Below, piece by piece: positions 1-25,153 of a stretch of 64,000 bases of DNA. Numbering within the stretch: position 1 is the first letter of the stretch; every line of letters begins with the position of its first letter. The notes under the pieces were generated by a model. That model had not been told where the DNA came from, made no database searches, and worked only from the letters and a program-made list of their open reading frames with translations. Source of the stretch: Blastocystis sp. Blastoise (lineage: Eukaryota > Protista > Bigyra: Opalinata); assembly GCA_039096225.1 (NCBI GenBank), contig JBBPEB010000029.1:806001-870000 (forward strand), given 5' to 3'. Both the position numbers and the translations under genes were made by a program.

Positions 1-1791
1 GCTGAATATTTATTAGATACTATTGGAAAGTGTATAGAATATATATATTTATTATTATTATTATTATTGTTTTTATTAAGATTATATTTTTATAAGTTTT
101 TTTTATTAAGATTCTATTTTTATAAAACTTATATTTTTATTAAGATTATCTTTATAATAATAATATTGCTAATAATAATATATTATTTATTTTAGTATTA
201 TATCCTTCTATCTTTTTGAATGTACAAATAACTCCACCAGTAACTCTTACATTTGAACCTCAAGATTCTGTTTGGATACTTCCGATATCTTTAAAATTAG
301 GTTATCTTTATATTATTGAATATCTTAATTATATACAAGAAATAATAATGTATAATTCTTATTATCCACAGGTATATATACTATTCTATTTATTATGATA
401 CTTTCAATATAAATAAAGATAATAATAATAATTATATATATATATCATTAAATAATAAATATTTTATTTATATAGTTAAAGATGTTATATTTACCTTTTT
501 ATTCTCTTGGCGAAGATGATTTTATAGATACATATATAAAGATGATTATTTCATTATTTCCTAACGATCATTCTCTACTTATAAAAGATAAAGATGATTT
601 AAGTAATACTGCTACTAAAGAACAATTGTGTATGAAACAAGTGGTATGATATTTTATTTTATTTATTATTTTATTTATTATTTATTTAAACTTTTGTTTT
701 ATTTTGTTTTATTTATTATATTATTATTTTATTTATTTTTATTTTATTTTATTTTATTGATTTATTATTAATTTATTAAAATTTTTATTTTATTTTATTT
801 TATTTATTATATTATTATTTTATTTATTTTTTATTTATTTTTTTATATAAATTGAATCCCTATTCATAATATTTATATATTTATATATATAGGGTATGTT
901 ATTTCCTTCTCTTTCTGTACCTTCCTATCCATTTTTAAGTATATATCAATCCGATCAAATACGTGCCTCTATGTATTCTTATTATCATTTATTATCCCAA
1001 GGAGTATCTTCTTTCTTACCTAATGTTACTATTAATACTGATATTCATATTAAACGATATAATATTAAATCACATATTGTGAATCTAGATCTTGTTAAAC
1101 AATTCTTTTTTACTAAAAAAGTATATATTTATTTTTTTTTATTTATTATACATATTATATTCATTATATTTTTTATGTTTATTACATATTTTTTTTATTC
1201 TATTTATTACATATTCTATTTATAATATATATTCTATTCTATATTAATAATAATAACAAAAATTATGTATATATAAAACATATATATATATAAATACCTA
1301 TTTCTTATATCTAGTTTCAATTTCGTTATCATCCCATATCGTTTTCTACTCTTTCTTCTTCTCAAATAATAAAACAGTTATTAATAACAGATATATTAGT
1401 AGGTATTGATAGTGATTGGATATTATATTCTATATTTCTACTTCCTTATTCAAATATACTTTTATATTCACCTCCCTCTCTTCCTGTTTCTCCTTATACA
1501 CAAATATTAGCTACTTTACCTTTATATTATGTACCTATATTTAATTATACTTTAATATTACCTGAATGTAAAGGAATATATAATTCATTATCTACTAATA
1601 TAACTTCTTTTTCAGATTATTCAGAAAGTTGTTTAAGAGCTAGTTATTCTACTGGTGTATATATATATCCTGGTGCTATGCTAAATCATCTTAGAACATT
1701 TGGTATACATTTACAAAGATATAAATATAAATATATACCTTATTATAAACCTAAAAAACGATTTGAAATGGATATTTTTAAACATATGTAA
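1..1791 (+). CDS. 3' part of a divergent GT61-like glycosyltransferase (5' end outside window; 5 exons visible)
   Basis: GT-AG splicing gives a continuous frame ending ...FEMDIFKHM* (TAA 1789-1791). The last exon has TDILVGIDSDWILYSIFLLPYSNILLYSP, resembling the GT61 'D(V/I)LIG.HGAGL.N..FL.P....E..P' segment but without HGAG. Confidence 0.4.
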
Positions 1792-2497
1792 TATATATAC
1801 ATATATATAATTAGTTTCCTACAAAAATTCATTTTTTTATTTTTTTTTCTAAAAATATTATTATAAAATGATATATATAATCATATAGAATATTGTTTTA
1901 ATACACTATTCCTGTGATATGCATATAATTATATAAATACTTAATATATTTTATTGTATTTTTACTTGATACCAGTTATTGTCGTTAGGATAACAATATA
2001 TAGTTTTATTTTTATTCTATATATATATCTATTTTTTTTTAATATTTAAATTATTACATCTATTGATATTTTTATATGTTTTTCTTTCTATAAATAGATT
2101 TCTATTATTATTTATATATATGAATTCATTATTATCTATCTTCGTTATTGTTATTCTATATATAGATATATATCTGTTTATATATCTATTTATATATTTA
2201 TTTTTCTTCTATTTTTATCTCATTATTTGTCTCTCATCATTTTTTTTTCATTTTATTTTATAGGAATTCATTTAATTCCTTACTCTATATATATATATAT
2301 TGTTTGTATTTAAAATAATAAAATGGTTTTGTTTATAAATGAATAATATTTTATATATTTTTTCATCTTTAACTATAACACAATAAATATTTTGTTAGAA
2401 ATGTTGACTAAATGTTTATTATTAGATAATATAATAAAAAAAAATTAAAATAAACAAATATTTCTGAGGATAATCTCTATATGAAAACAATATTTTA

Positions 2498-4988
2498 TTA
2501 TTCATAATGATATATATTTTTCATACAAATAAAATAATCTCCTTGTTTTAAAGCTATGTCAACAAGACGTAAGGCTACTTTTAATATCTCTTGTTTTTCC
2601 AAGGGAAAATGATATGTAATAATATCATCACAGGAAAAGGCAGGTATTGTTTGTAGAATAGAGGGATATTTAGAGAGATTTGACATCATATATGTTTTAC
2701 AGAATATATTCTTACAGGAAATATCACCACATCCTGAATATATATATAATTGTAGAAAACATAATAATAATAATTCTAATACTAGAGAATGGATCACTAG
2801 TTTTATTTAAGATAAAAAAATAAAGATAATAAAGTAGTATTTAAAACTAATAATAATAATTATATTATAATAAAAAAAAATAATTATTTTTATTAAGAAA
2901 TATCAAGAATAAATATATTATTCTATACCTTTCAATAATTGAGTAGAATATAAAGTAATATATAATTTCTTTCTTTGTAAATCAAATGCAGACGTATTCA
3001 TGTTAATTGATGAATATTTTGAGAGTTCAGGAAGAAGAATCAAAGAACAATTAGTACATAAACAACCCTATATATATTATTTATTAGAAATATATCTATT
3101 TATATTGTTATATATATATATATTGTTTATTAGAAATATATCTATTTATATTGTTATATATATACAATTGGAAAACAAGTTTTTGTATTAAATTGAACTT
3201 TATTGGGGCATACATGGTTCTTACAGGAATCTCTATAATTATAATTATTATAAATAGAATTATTATAAATAATTATTATAAATAGAATTAATATTAAAAA
3301 AAAATAATTAATATAAGATATAGAATATATATATATATAATATTTCTATATACTCTTCAATAAATCTGTTTTTCTTACATCTTCGACAGTTATCAAATTG
3401 TATATTGTTGATCTCATCACAATATTCACATATATAAGTTGATTGAGTATTGTTATTTGTAGTATTCACATTAATATAAGGAGAAGAAATAGTATATTTA
3501 TAAGATGGTAGAGAAGGTGATAAAACATAACGACAAAACTATATATTTATATAGTTATATAAAAAGCTATAGTATAGATCAATAAATGAATAAACAAAAT
3601 ATTAAATAATAAACATAGACATATATATACCTGACACACAGTATAAAGATCGCTATTAATCGCCGTACATTGAGGACACATCCATTGCTTATCTTGAAGT
3701 ATATATTCTTTATCTATATATTAATATGTAAATTTAAATAATAATATAATAATAATATAATATAATATACCTTTATGATATACGTTAATATGAATATTAT
3801 TATATTTTACTTTTATATATTGATGACATAAAGAACATAAATATGTTTTATTGGCACAAATACTTTCATGTTCTGAATATCCTTCTAAAATATCTTCATA
3901 ACGATTGGGTTTCATATATTTGTGTTCCTCTCCACAAAATCTGCACGTGATCACTCGTTCTGAGCATTCTTTCAAATGATTTGTTAATAAATAAAGTGGA
4001 ATAGAAATATTACATTGACATTTGATTGGTTTATGCATGCTATTCACGTGATTCTGTTCGTTACATGTATAAACTCTATCACATATTGTACAATGGTGAT
4101 GACTCGAGAATTCCCGCGGGGATAAGACCTGATTACATTCTAAACAACGTTTATTTAATCGATAACAACTCAATTCATGCATAGTGCGTTTATTTATAGG
4201 TATAGATTTCCAACAATTAGAACATATATATTCAGAAGAAGAAGAAGTTAATATTGGCATCTAGAGTGAAATATTTATAATGACTATTATTTTTTTATTA
4301 TATACATACATAAAGAAATAGAAGACATAATAAACAATAAACACTTATATACCGTCTTAGAAATAGTTTTGACATTTAATTGGACAGAAATCAATGTTTG
4401 TGTTTCGATTGATGATAATTTTTCAACAGTAATTAATGTAAATAACTGATTTGTATCTTTGGGAAGAACATACTATAAATTAGAATTTTTATAATAAGAA
4501 TACACATATAATTATATAATATAATTTTATAATATAATTATAATATAATCATATAATTATATAATATATAATATAATTATAATACATCATATAATTATAT
4601 ATAATTATATATAATTATATATAATTATATATACTTCTCCTCCATTAAAATCTCCTAATAAATATTCATGATTGAATAACCGCGGAAATTGAGATATATT
4701 ATCTGAATTATCATTATGATTTATATACATATAACTGTTTCCTTTATCGATCTAAATTTATTATTAATAATATAATATTATAAAAAAATTTCTTTTTTTA
4801 AAATATCTATAATATTTACAGTAAATTGTATATAAAAGAATTCATTGTCTTTTAATTGATATTTATTGTTAATATCTTTATGGTTAATATATAAATAATA
4901 TAAAGAAGAATCGCTAAATGAATAATGATGAACAATTGAATCGAAACTCAATGACGTTATAGGTAATACAGTTTCTAGAAAGAAATAA

Positions 4989-5030
<42 letters not shown>

Positions 5031-5874
5031 CTTTTTTAAAACTCTATTATAAATAATGATATAAATATAAAATAAGAGTAACTATAGACTAGTAACAATA
5101 GCCAATAAATAGAATAATAAAATAGAATAAAATCATGAAACACTATTTACCATTTGTATATTTGTATGTAATATTAAAATTAATATCAGTATCAATAGTT
5201 GATGCCATTTCTGGTTTTATATCTATAATTTTCATCTCATATAGAATTGATCCCCAACTATAAAGAAAACCATAATAATTGTTTTTTCAATATTTAAAAG
5301 AATATATAAAAGTGAAAATACGGAATTTGAATTATTTGATCCTTTTGAAGACATGGATAATATTTAGACAAAGAAGTTTCTAGAATTGAAGTATAGTTGA
5401 CGAATTGATTGTTTTCTTGTGATAATACTTCAACAGACAATTCATTAGCCTTAAGAATGATCATTATAAACTTGAATAATAGATATAAAATTACATTTTC
5501 TGGGTAAAACCGAGATAAACGAATAAATGTGTTTGTCAATGAGTTTGGATTGAAGAAATCATAAAACTAATGTTCAATTTAAATAATAAATATTAGTATA
5601 TACATTTTGGGAGACTTCTATTTCATTCATATTAGCAGAAAAAGACTGAACTCCAACACAACATTTTGAAATTGGTTCTATGATATCTGAATCATCCATA
5701 AACATCTCCAATAAATAAAATAATGCCTTTTGATCGTTTTCTTCAAGAATTGGAGAATCAGCTTCGAGAATTGTCTACGTATTAACTTGCTAAATTCATA
5801 ACTTTATATACTATAGGTAGATTCACACGGTTTCCCAAGAGTTCTGGGTTTATTATGATTTTATAACTTTCCAT
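2498..5874 (-). CDS. UFD1-like protein with TRAF-type and RanBP2-like Zn fingers and a C-terminal AZUL-like Zn motif (multi-exon)
   Basis: The N-terminus NRVNLP...CVGVQSFSA...SILETSLSKYYPCL...IKPE...IDTDI is UFD1-like. ORF 3721-4260 has TRAF/XAF1-type C/H repeats. WMCPQCTAINSDLYTVCQFC is RanBP2-type. QLYIYSGCGDISCKNIFCKT resembles AZUL. All introns are GT-AG. Confidence 0.7.
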
Positions 5875-6050
5875 TTTTGAAAAAATATATAGTTTTTTTA
5901 ATTATATTAAAAATAAATAAATTGATGAATTGAAATTAATATTTATATTGTGACAGTTATAATTATATTATAAAAATACGCTAGATAACGTAATGTAGAA
6001 GAATAATGTCAAACAAAACAAAAAATAAAAATTATCTATCATTATAATTG

Positions 6051-7100
6051 TTATTCTCCAATCGATTGTGATAATATTGCTTCAATATCTAGATCTAAAA
6101 GCATAAATATATATATATATAACACAAATATATAGACAATATACTTTCTTGTGTTTCATAATTCGTATTTTCAACGATTTCATAATGTTGATAACCAATA
6201 ATAACTGGAAAAAAATAAGGAATTTTCAGAATTATAAATGGATGATATATAACAAATAAGCTATTTTCTTTTAATTGATCTATATTAATCGTATTTTGTT
6301 GTATATATAAAGAAACAAATCGTTTTGGCTCTGATTCTAGTATATATAATATTAATGTATAAATAATATATAATAAGTATATTTACGATCTAATAATAAT
6401 AATCTATAATATAATTTTGTAATATCGTAGGAATAAAGTAAATATTCTTTCCTATAATATATATATTATAATTATTATTATGTTTTTATATTCATGATAA
6501 TTATGATTATATATATATATACTTTTTATCTCCTATAGGTCTATCTCTAAATCGCTGTAATTCATTTATATATATATTATTTCCTTTATATCGACGTCCT
6601 TTCTTTATATTCATGTCATTTTGTTTTTCAGTTTCAAATTTGATTTCAATATTTGTTTTCCATTCATTTTTTCCTGTTTTATATATAGAGTATATGAGTA
6701 ATAAGACAATATATATAATATAATAATAGTAAGACAATATATATAATATAATAATAATTATTATTTAATATATATATTACAACAAAAAAATAATAAATGG
6801 TTTACTCATGTTATTCATTTTTGAATGATTCCCGCGGTTATCTTGTGTTTGTATTGTTGACGAAGAGATCTCTGTATTTCCCGGTAATACTGTATTTTCA
6901 CGATTATTTGTGTATGATATTTCATTGGTAGATACATCTTCAATCACGTGATCGACCGGAATACCAATAGATATTCTATCTTTTTGACTCAATAAAGTAT
7001 CTGTTAGAGATACAGGATTCCCGCGGTTATTTTGAGCAGAAGAAGGACGTAGAGGTGAAGATGTTGATGATTGTGACTATATATATAATATTATATATAT

Positions 7101-7163
<63 letters not shown>

Positions 7164-8065
7164 TTATTATATAAATAAATATTTATACAGATAGAAATGT
7201 AGTTTGAACTTCTTCGACAACTTGAGACAATAAGAATCCCCCATTAGTCACGTGACTTGGGATTTGATCCCTCGTGTCTTGTAACGTCGAACGAATTTTT
7301 GTAGATTTTTCAGGTGATATAACTAATTGACCTATATATATAGATAAAAATAGGAAATACATATATATAAAAGAATTTCATAAATATTTAAAATATATAT
7401 TATATATTATATATATAAATACTTAAGAATCGTTTTTTAAGAGGCAATCTTTGTGACAATGATTGAGAAACATTATTATTAATATTATTAATATTATTAT
7501 TAATATTATTATTATTATTATTATTATTAGTTTTTGATTTCTGAGATGAGGAGATATCTGGGAACATTGCTATATCATTATAAATAACTATAAATAAATA
7601 AATATACATTTCGATGTTTTATTATGATTTTGAGAGAAGGATTGTGAGCTTGGGAATAATGTATTTTTTGACACTTGTGATGAATTCGACATATATATTC
7701 CTGCTCGAATAGAACTTCTTATAGCTAGATATTGTGGATTTTCTGGTTTCTTAGGAGTTTTTGGTTCAGATTGTGATGGAACAGAATCTAAAGACAACTG
7801 GATTTTCTGAGATAGATCTGAGATGCCTGAATTTGCTTCGTTTAATACATGTAACTCTAATAAATTTTCAAGATTTGAATTTTCAGAAGAAAGGACATAG
7901 TCTTGTTCCTGTAATTCTGGTTCTTTTAACATTTGAGCAGGGTTGTAATCATCCCACGCATATCCATTATAGACAACCTATGTGATATTATTCATTATTT
8001 ATGTAATATGAACATACATCATCCCATTCATAATCACTATAGCCTTGTGACTCTTCAAATTCCAT
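6051..8065 (-). CDS. Hypothetical protein, S/N/Q-rich, multi-exon
   Basis: ATG 8065 MEFEESQGYSDYEWDD; GT-AG-linked exons include ORFs 7588-7932 and 6777-6992. The C-terminal exon ...IEAILSQSIGE* is reached only if an A7 run at 6209-6215 is really A6. Confidence 0.55.
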
Positions 8066-8709
8066 GTTAATTTATTAAAAACAAAAATAACCTGATAATA
8101 GTGGGGAAAACTGAATTTTGAACAGAAAAACAAAAACAATAAAAGAAGCGGGAAACAATAATTCTATTTATTTTGGTTTAAGCATATAATTTGATTTATA
8201 TTTGTATTTTTAGAAATAAGAGAAGTTTCTCATATAATTATATGTATAAAAAGTAGTGAAGGAGCGTTTTTATTGAAAAATATTTTATAATTTTCTTGTG
8301 AACAAGAAGATAAATACTTTTATAATTATGAGAATAAAACACTGAGTATGTTTCAGAGTATAGAATACGAACTAAAGAAAAATGAATTTTTCTAATCTTA
8401 TTTAAAACAAGAATTTCATAGTTATATGTAGTACTAACAAATTTTAGTCGAATAGAAATGTTTTTAGTAAATTCTAATAAAATTTGTGAAATAACTCATT
8501 AAAAAACAAGACTATCTATTGATTGATCACATTAATCTTAAAGATAATACGCTTATCTGATAATATAAGTAAGAATTATATATATTATTCTTATAAATAT
8601 GAAAAATAATACAAATAAACATTAAATCTTTTTATAATGAGAATGATGCAAGTATACGGTAATAAAGAAAGATTTTCCGATGAAAAGATTATTTTGAAAG
8701 TCTTACAAA

Positions 8710-8890
8710 CAGTGTCTTCCCTGTCACTGGACGAAATTGCCACGTTGCAATTGTCACAAAATTTTCTGACAAAATATTTATTTTTGACAGTGTAATTTTA
8801 TATTTTTATGACTAAGTCAATTTAAGTCTGGCTGAAAGTGACAGTCAGCTATTGTCATGGCAATTGTCACAAAAGTCAGGGAAGACATTG
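8710..8890. mobile_element. 181-bp non-autonomous DNA transposon (MITE), hAT-like
   Basis: 14-bp TIRs CAGTGTCTTCCCTG (8710-8723) and CAGGGAAGACATTG (8877-8890) match 13/14. A perfect 8-bp TSD CTTACAAA lies at 8702-8709 and 8891-8898. Internal TGTCA/TGACA repeats include GCAATTGTCACAAAA twice. Confidence 0.85.
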
Positions 8891-8984
8891 CTTACAAATT
8901 TTCTATAGCGATTTCATCTCCATTATTTAGTTGATCCGTTATATTAATAATTAATTATTGTTTATACATAACTATTGGTAGATT

Positions 8985-15198
<6,214 letters not shown>

Positions 15199-15201
<3 letters not shown>

Positions 15202-15323
15202 AGAATATACTCTTTTTTTCAACTTTATATGTTTATTATATAAAGAATATACTCTTTTTTTCAACTTTATATGTTTATTATATAAAGAGTATACTCTTTT
15301 TTTCAACTTTATATGTTTATTAT
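15199..15323 (+). repeat. 3 x 42-bp tandem repeat beginning at the ABCC stop codon
   Basis: The unit TAAAGAATATACTCTTTTTTTCAACTTTATATGTTTATTATA starts at 15199, 15241 and 15283 (one A>G in copy 3). Confidence 0.95.
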
Positions 15324-15752
15324 AAAACTATTTTTATTTTCCTTTCCTTCTTGTTTAATATATATAATTTTTATAATTATAAATTTTTTAAACGAATAAT
15401 TTTGTTATATTTACATGTTTATTAATACTTCAAGATATTCTTATATAATATACATGTCAACATTTATTACAATTTCATATACCATTTTTCAATTGAACAA
15501 AAACCTTTTATCAACTTATTGCTCATTTCATTCATCATTTTATTAGGTTCTTCTCTGAGTATCATAAAACAAACGATAAGACACTCTTTAGACTTTAAAA
15601 TGAAATTGTGAATTACAGTTACATTATTTTCAATTCAAGTTTTGAATTTTTGCAATAAGAATATTTGATTATTTTTGAATAATATTTAAAAAGAATTAAA
15701 AAAAAATCTAATTTTATATCCATAAAAAAACAAAAGAAATGAAAAAATTCAA

Positions 15753-15985
15753 TGATTGGATAACGGAGAATAGAATCTTGATTGGCGAAGAGCTGATTGG
15801 AGTAGAAATGCGTCATAAAACGAATATCCATTTTGTGATCATAAAAAAAAAATTTGATGAATATCTCTTCTTTATGATTGGCGAACCAATTTGGGATATA
15901 GAATTCATTGGATTATTATTTTGTTCATTCCAAAACAAAAAGATGTCCATTAGATTCCCTTTTTAAGTCAATTGATTGGATAACG
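15753..15985 (+). promoter_or_regulatory. Cluster of CCAAT boxes upstream of the MFS gene
   Basis: ATTGG at 15755, 15781, 15796, 15877, 15907 and 15975, plus CCAAT at 15886. Confidence 0.5.
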
Positions 15986-16071
15986 AAATCGCTGGCCATG
16001 ATTTCATTTGATTTAATCAAGCAGCTAAGAAATGTTATTTCATTATTCTTTTATTTTTTATTGAATAGAAA

Positions 16072-16943
16072 ATGAGTCGAAACATCACGCTTATACTTGT
16101 ATATCTTACAGTTTTCATTGATCAACTTGGTTATTCCTTTGTTCTCCCTATTTTGCCTGATTTTGTAAGTAAGCTAAATGGAACATCTATTGAAATGGGG
16201 ATCTTAGTTGCTAGCTATGCATTCACACAAGCTATTAGTATCTATTTTTATTTTATATTTAATCATGTAACACTTTTTAAATTCAATCTTTAGGTGCATA
16301 TATTATGGGTTCTTTAAGTGATACATATGGAAGAAAACTGTTTATTGTACTTTCTCTTGTTGGTTCTTTTTTGGGTAAATAATTTATAGCTTATAGTAGA
16401 AGATTATTTCATTTTTAATAGCAAATTATTCTTTTTATAGGACCGATACTTCAAGCATATTCATGGCATATATGGATATTTATTCTTTTTAGAGCTGCTA
16501 CAGGTTTGTTTGCTGGTAGTATAACCTTAGGTCAAGCTGTTATTTCTGATACTTGTAAACCTGAAGAAAGACCTAAATATATGGCTCAACTTGGTGGTGT
16601 TATTTCATTTGCATTTGCCTTTGGTCCTGCTATTGGTGGTTTACTTGCTCAAATAACTGCTGAAACTCCATTGTATGTTTTATTAAATTTATTATATATG
16701 TTTCATTTAAAAAAAAAAAAATTATTTTATTATTATATAAATATATAGTTTATTTGCTGGTGGTCTTGCTCTTCTTGTTCTTATATTTGTATTTACACAT
16801 TTAGAAGAATCATTACCTTCTTTAAAAGAAAAAGAAAGTATAAAAACGGAACTTAAAAAATTAAATAAAAAAACAGCTTATGGTAGGTTAATAATATATA
16901 TATATATTATTATTAATATATTTTTTCTATGAATAACATTGGT

Positions 16944-16975
<32 letters not shown>

Positions 16976-17066
16976 GATTCCATAGAATCCGAACGAATTG
17001 ACTTTTTAAATAATAGACTTAAAGCTATTGATGAAGAAAAAGAAAGTATATTATATATATATATGT

Positions 17067-17105
<39 letters not shown>

Positions 17106-18323
17106 GTTGCCCTTTTAAAAGCTAAAAATAAGCCATCTATTAAGATCCATTGGAATATTTTAATGGTATATATATATATATATTATTATTATTATATTTT
17201 GAAACCTATTACTTTTATAGATATTATCTCTTGTTGCTAAGTTTACTAATGAATCAAGTACTATTATTATTGAATCTATGTATATATATTATATAAAAAT
17301 AAGAATGTATATAATAATATGTTATATATATCAATAGGTATGGTATGTATATAAAAGAACAGTTAGGTGCTTCTACTCTTGATTTCAGGTATAATTATTA
17401 TATATATAAATATATTTTATGTTAAATATATTATTTATCATTATTATATATTGTTATAATAATGTATTTAATATAATACATACATTTATATATATATATA
17501 TAGTTTAATATTATGTTCTACGGGTGTTGTCTCCTCTTTTTGCCAGTTACTTGTATTCCCTCTTCTTCATGATAAATGGCATATACCTATTGGTATATAT
17601 ATATATATAAATTTTTTATTTATTTATTTATATTTTTTATTATTACTATATATATTATTTATGTATATAGATCTTTTTATTATTATCTATATATATATTA
17701 TTTATGTATTTTTTATTATTATTAACTATATGTATATTATTTATATAATTCTCTATATAGCAACAATTTCATATTTTGGTGCATTATGTGTTTGTATATA
17801 TTTATAAAAATATTAATTATTATTATAATTATCGATTAATAATAGTTATCTTATCGTTACTCTATAGGTATTGGTTTTATTCTTATGGCCTATATGAAAC
17901 AAGTATGGTTTAGTTACATTTCATGTAATATCATGTATCTTGGTTATTGCTTTCTAACTACAGTCACTCCTTCTGTTCTCTCTGTATATATTATTATTAT
18001 TATAACGATTTTCTTATTATTATTATAACATTTTTATTATTTTATTATTATATTATATTATTATTTTATTATTATTATTATTATCATTAATAAAATAATT
18101 TTATCCATTATATATACAATAAATATATACATATATATTATTTTCTACATCTATATATCTTTAACAGGCTCAATCCCCCCCTGAAGTACAAGGAAAAGCT
18201 CTGTCTGTAGGTATATTAGTAGGTCAGGTAGCTATGGTTATATCTCCTCCTGTAATGGGTATAGTCTATGAAACATCACCAGTGATGTCTATACTAACTG
18301 GATCTATATTCGGTATATATGCA

Positions 18324-18355
<32 letters not shown>

Positions 18356-18727
18356 TTTAATTCTTATCTATGTTTAAAAAATGATTATTAACATTTTTTG
18401 AACCATACTCATCCTTATATATTATAATGAATCATTATATATATATATATAGGTATAATTGGTTTTATAGCTATGATTATTCTTCGATATATTCCAGGAG
18501 GTAAATATGCAGATGTTCCCATTCAACAGGAAAACCAACAGGAAAATGAAAATGAAAAAGAAATTTCTTGTATTCTTCCTGATATAGAGAAGAAAAGTAC
18601 TATATCTGAAGTACAGAAAGAAATAGATGAACAATCTATAACTAATAATCAAACATCTATTCAAATTATATCATCAAATGATACTTCGATTAGTAAAATT
18701 ATTGTTTCTAAAACAGAATCTCTTTAG
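16072..18727 (+). CDS. MFS transporter, tetracycline/DHA1-like efflux family, 13 exons
   Basis: VFIDQLGYSFVLPILP, motif A GSLSDTYGRK, FRAATGLFAG, AVISD and motif C FAFGPAIGGLL. All introns are GT-AG. Confidence 0.9.
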
Positions 18728-19633
18728 TATAATAAAATATATTATTATTATTATTTAATTATTTTTATTATATATTTACATTTTTTATGAATGATTAAGA
18801 GAATTCAGGTGTTTTTCCTTGAATTCATTTTCTTTCTTTATTCATTTTTATAAGATCTTTTAAATTTATTTATATATTCGCTTATATATCTTTAATTCCA
18901 TATAAATTTAATATCTTTTGAATAGATTTAAGAAACATATTGTTTTGTTTTCAATATTCTTATAAATATCTGGAAATATATATATATAAATTTAGTTTTT
19001 TCTTTATTTTTTTAAATAACTCAAGAATTTCGTCATTCTTGTCATCTAGATCTTATCGGAAACATAATTAACACTATTTACATGTATCCAATATTGATAA
19101 ATATTATGAACGAATACATGCATTCATAAACTTTAAATATTTTCACATTCCATTGATAAAATAGTATTGATACAACCACGATATAATTTATTACATGCTC
19201 CTATATATTATATATCTTTAAAAACAACACGATACTAATTGAGCAATCATTTGATGCTTATGAAACTTAGATGCATATATTATTATTCACAACTAGTGTA
19301 TTCATGCAGGTTCTGTATCAATATTCGAAAAACAACGAATCGTATATCAACAAATATCAAAATACAATGCTTATAATCCATAATAAGTGATATACTCGAT
19401 ATGGAGAAACAGACAAGTATATTCTAAATCACCACTAAATCCAATATATATCAAAATGTCATCATCAAAAACAAATTGTCAAATTTTTTTTAAAGTACTG
19501 TTTTTTCATGATTATTCCAATTTTAATATAGTAAAATTAAGTATCTCGATAAACGAATTCATTTTTCAGTATATTTTTGTAAAAAGCATTTAATACTGAG
19601 AATTTCTATAATTTATATAAATATTTGATCTTA

Positions 19634-23874
<4,241 letters not shown>

Positions 23875-25153
23875 TGTATTCATGATTATACAACAATTAG
23901 AACTAAAAATATATTTTATATCTTTTAGTAATTGAGTAGAATTATATATTTTGTTTCTTTTTTAATGCTTTTTTTTTTAATTCTTTTTTTTTATTTTTTA
24001 ATATATATATCACTTTGTATATAATTTTTAATTTATATCAAACATAACACATTTTGAGGACATTTATGGATTACAATTTATTCTATTTTATTTATAGCTC
24101 TTTAGATTATTTCATTATTTTAATAAAATTTAATATTTTGTTTGTGATATTCTATTATTATTTTTTATATCTAATTCTATATTTTTTATCACTTATGGAT
24201 TAATAAAGTATTTTCTTTTGTTTATAGTCTATTTATATTTTATTTTATTAGATATACATTGTTACTCTTATTGAAGACATACAAGTGTTTTGTTTATTAT
24301 TATAAATAAGAAGAGGAATAGATATATAAATTATAATTTGTATTAAAAGACATCTATAAAAAAATAACTTTTTATGATTGATGAGAATAAAAGAAACTAT
24401 TATGTAACATTCATAAATGCATATAGTATTATACTTTAGTATAGTTTAATGAAAAGAGATTAACTAATTAAGTTATTATGTAATAATCACTTTAGTTTCA
24501 TTTCAAAAAACTTCATAAACAAACCTTATTTAATATAAAAGGTTACTTTCTTTATCTAATATTCATTATATAATGTCTTAAACACATATTGAAAAAAGAT
24601 ATATATTCTATTTGTTTATCTTTACAATTATCAATAGTATCTATTATTTTGTTTTCAACAATAATCAATTAAATATTTGCACATTTAACGAAAAACAAAA
24701 ATCATCTCATTGTATTTTTTAAAGAAATTTTTTCACCATAACCCTTTTCTTTAATTTATAATGACGATATATAATTATACTGCTTCTCTATTTGTTGTGT
24801 AATTGACATAACAATTAGATATTAAACAAAGATTTTTCTAAAGCAAATAATTCTTAAAACGAAATTGTTAATAAAAATTTTTAAAAAATATCATCATTTA
24901 CATTGTATTTTATTTTATAAAATTTTGTTTTGTAATCTTCAATAATAACTCATTTTGTTTTCCTTGTATTTATACATAATTCATTATTCATTAGAAAAAT
25001 AAATTCCAAAATTAAAATTTTCATTATAAAAACATAATAAAGTTTTATTTCAGAATATCTAATTAATAATATATATCTATCACTTATTTAATTTTCTAAG
25101 TTATTAACATTTAAATAAAGCAAATTCTAAAAAACGAAATTTTAAAAAAGGAA

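Noticed and set aside
6209-6215. Apparent frameshift or programmed slippage near the 3' end of the 6051-8065 gene
   Set aside because: It lies in a 7-nt homopolymer, so sequencing error cannot be excluded, and there is no stimulatory structure.
23900-25140. Gene-free AT-rich stretch as a possible centromere, origin or hidden gene (also 57650-58700)
   Set aside because: No ORF, splice pattern or repeat structure that I can support.
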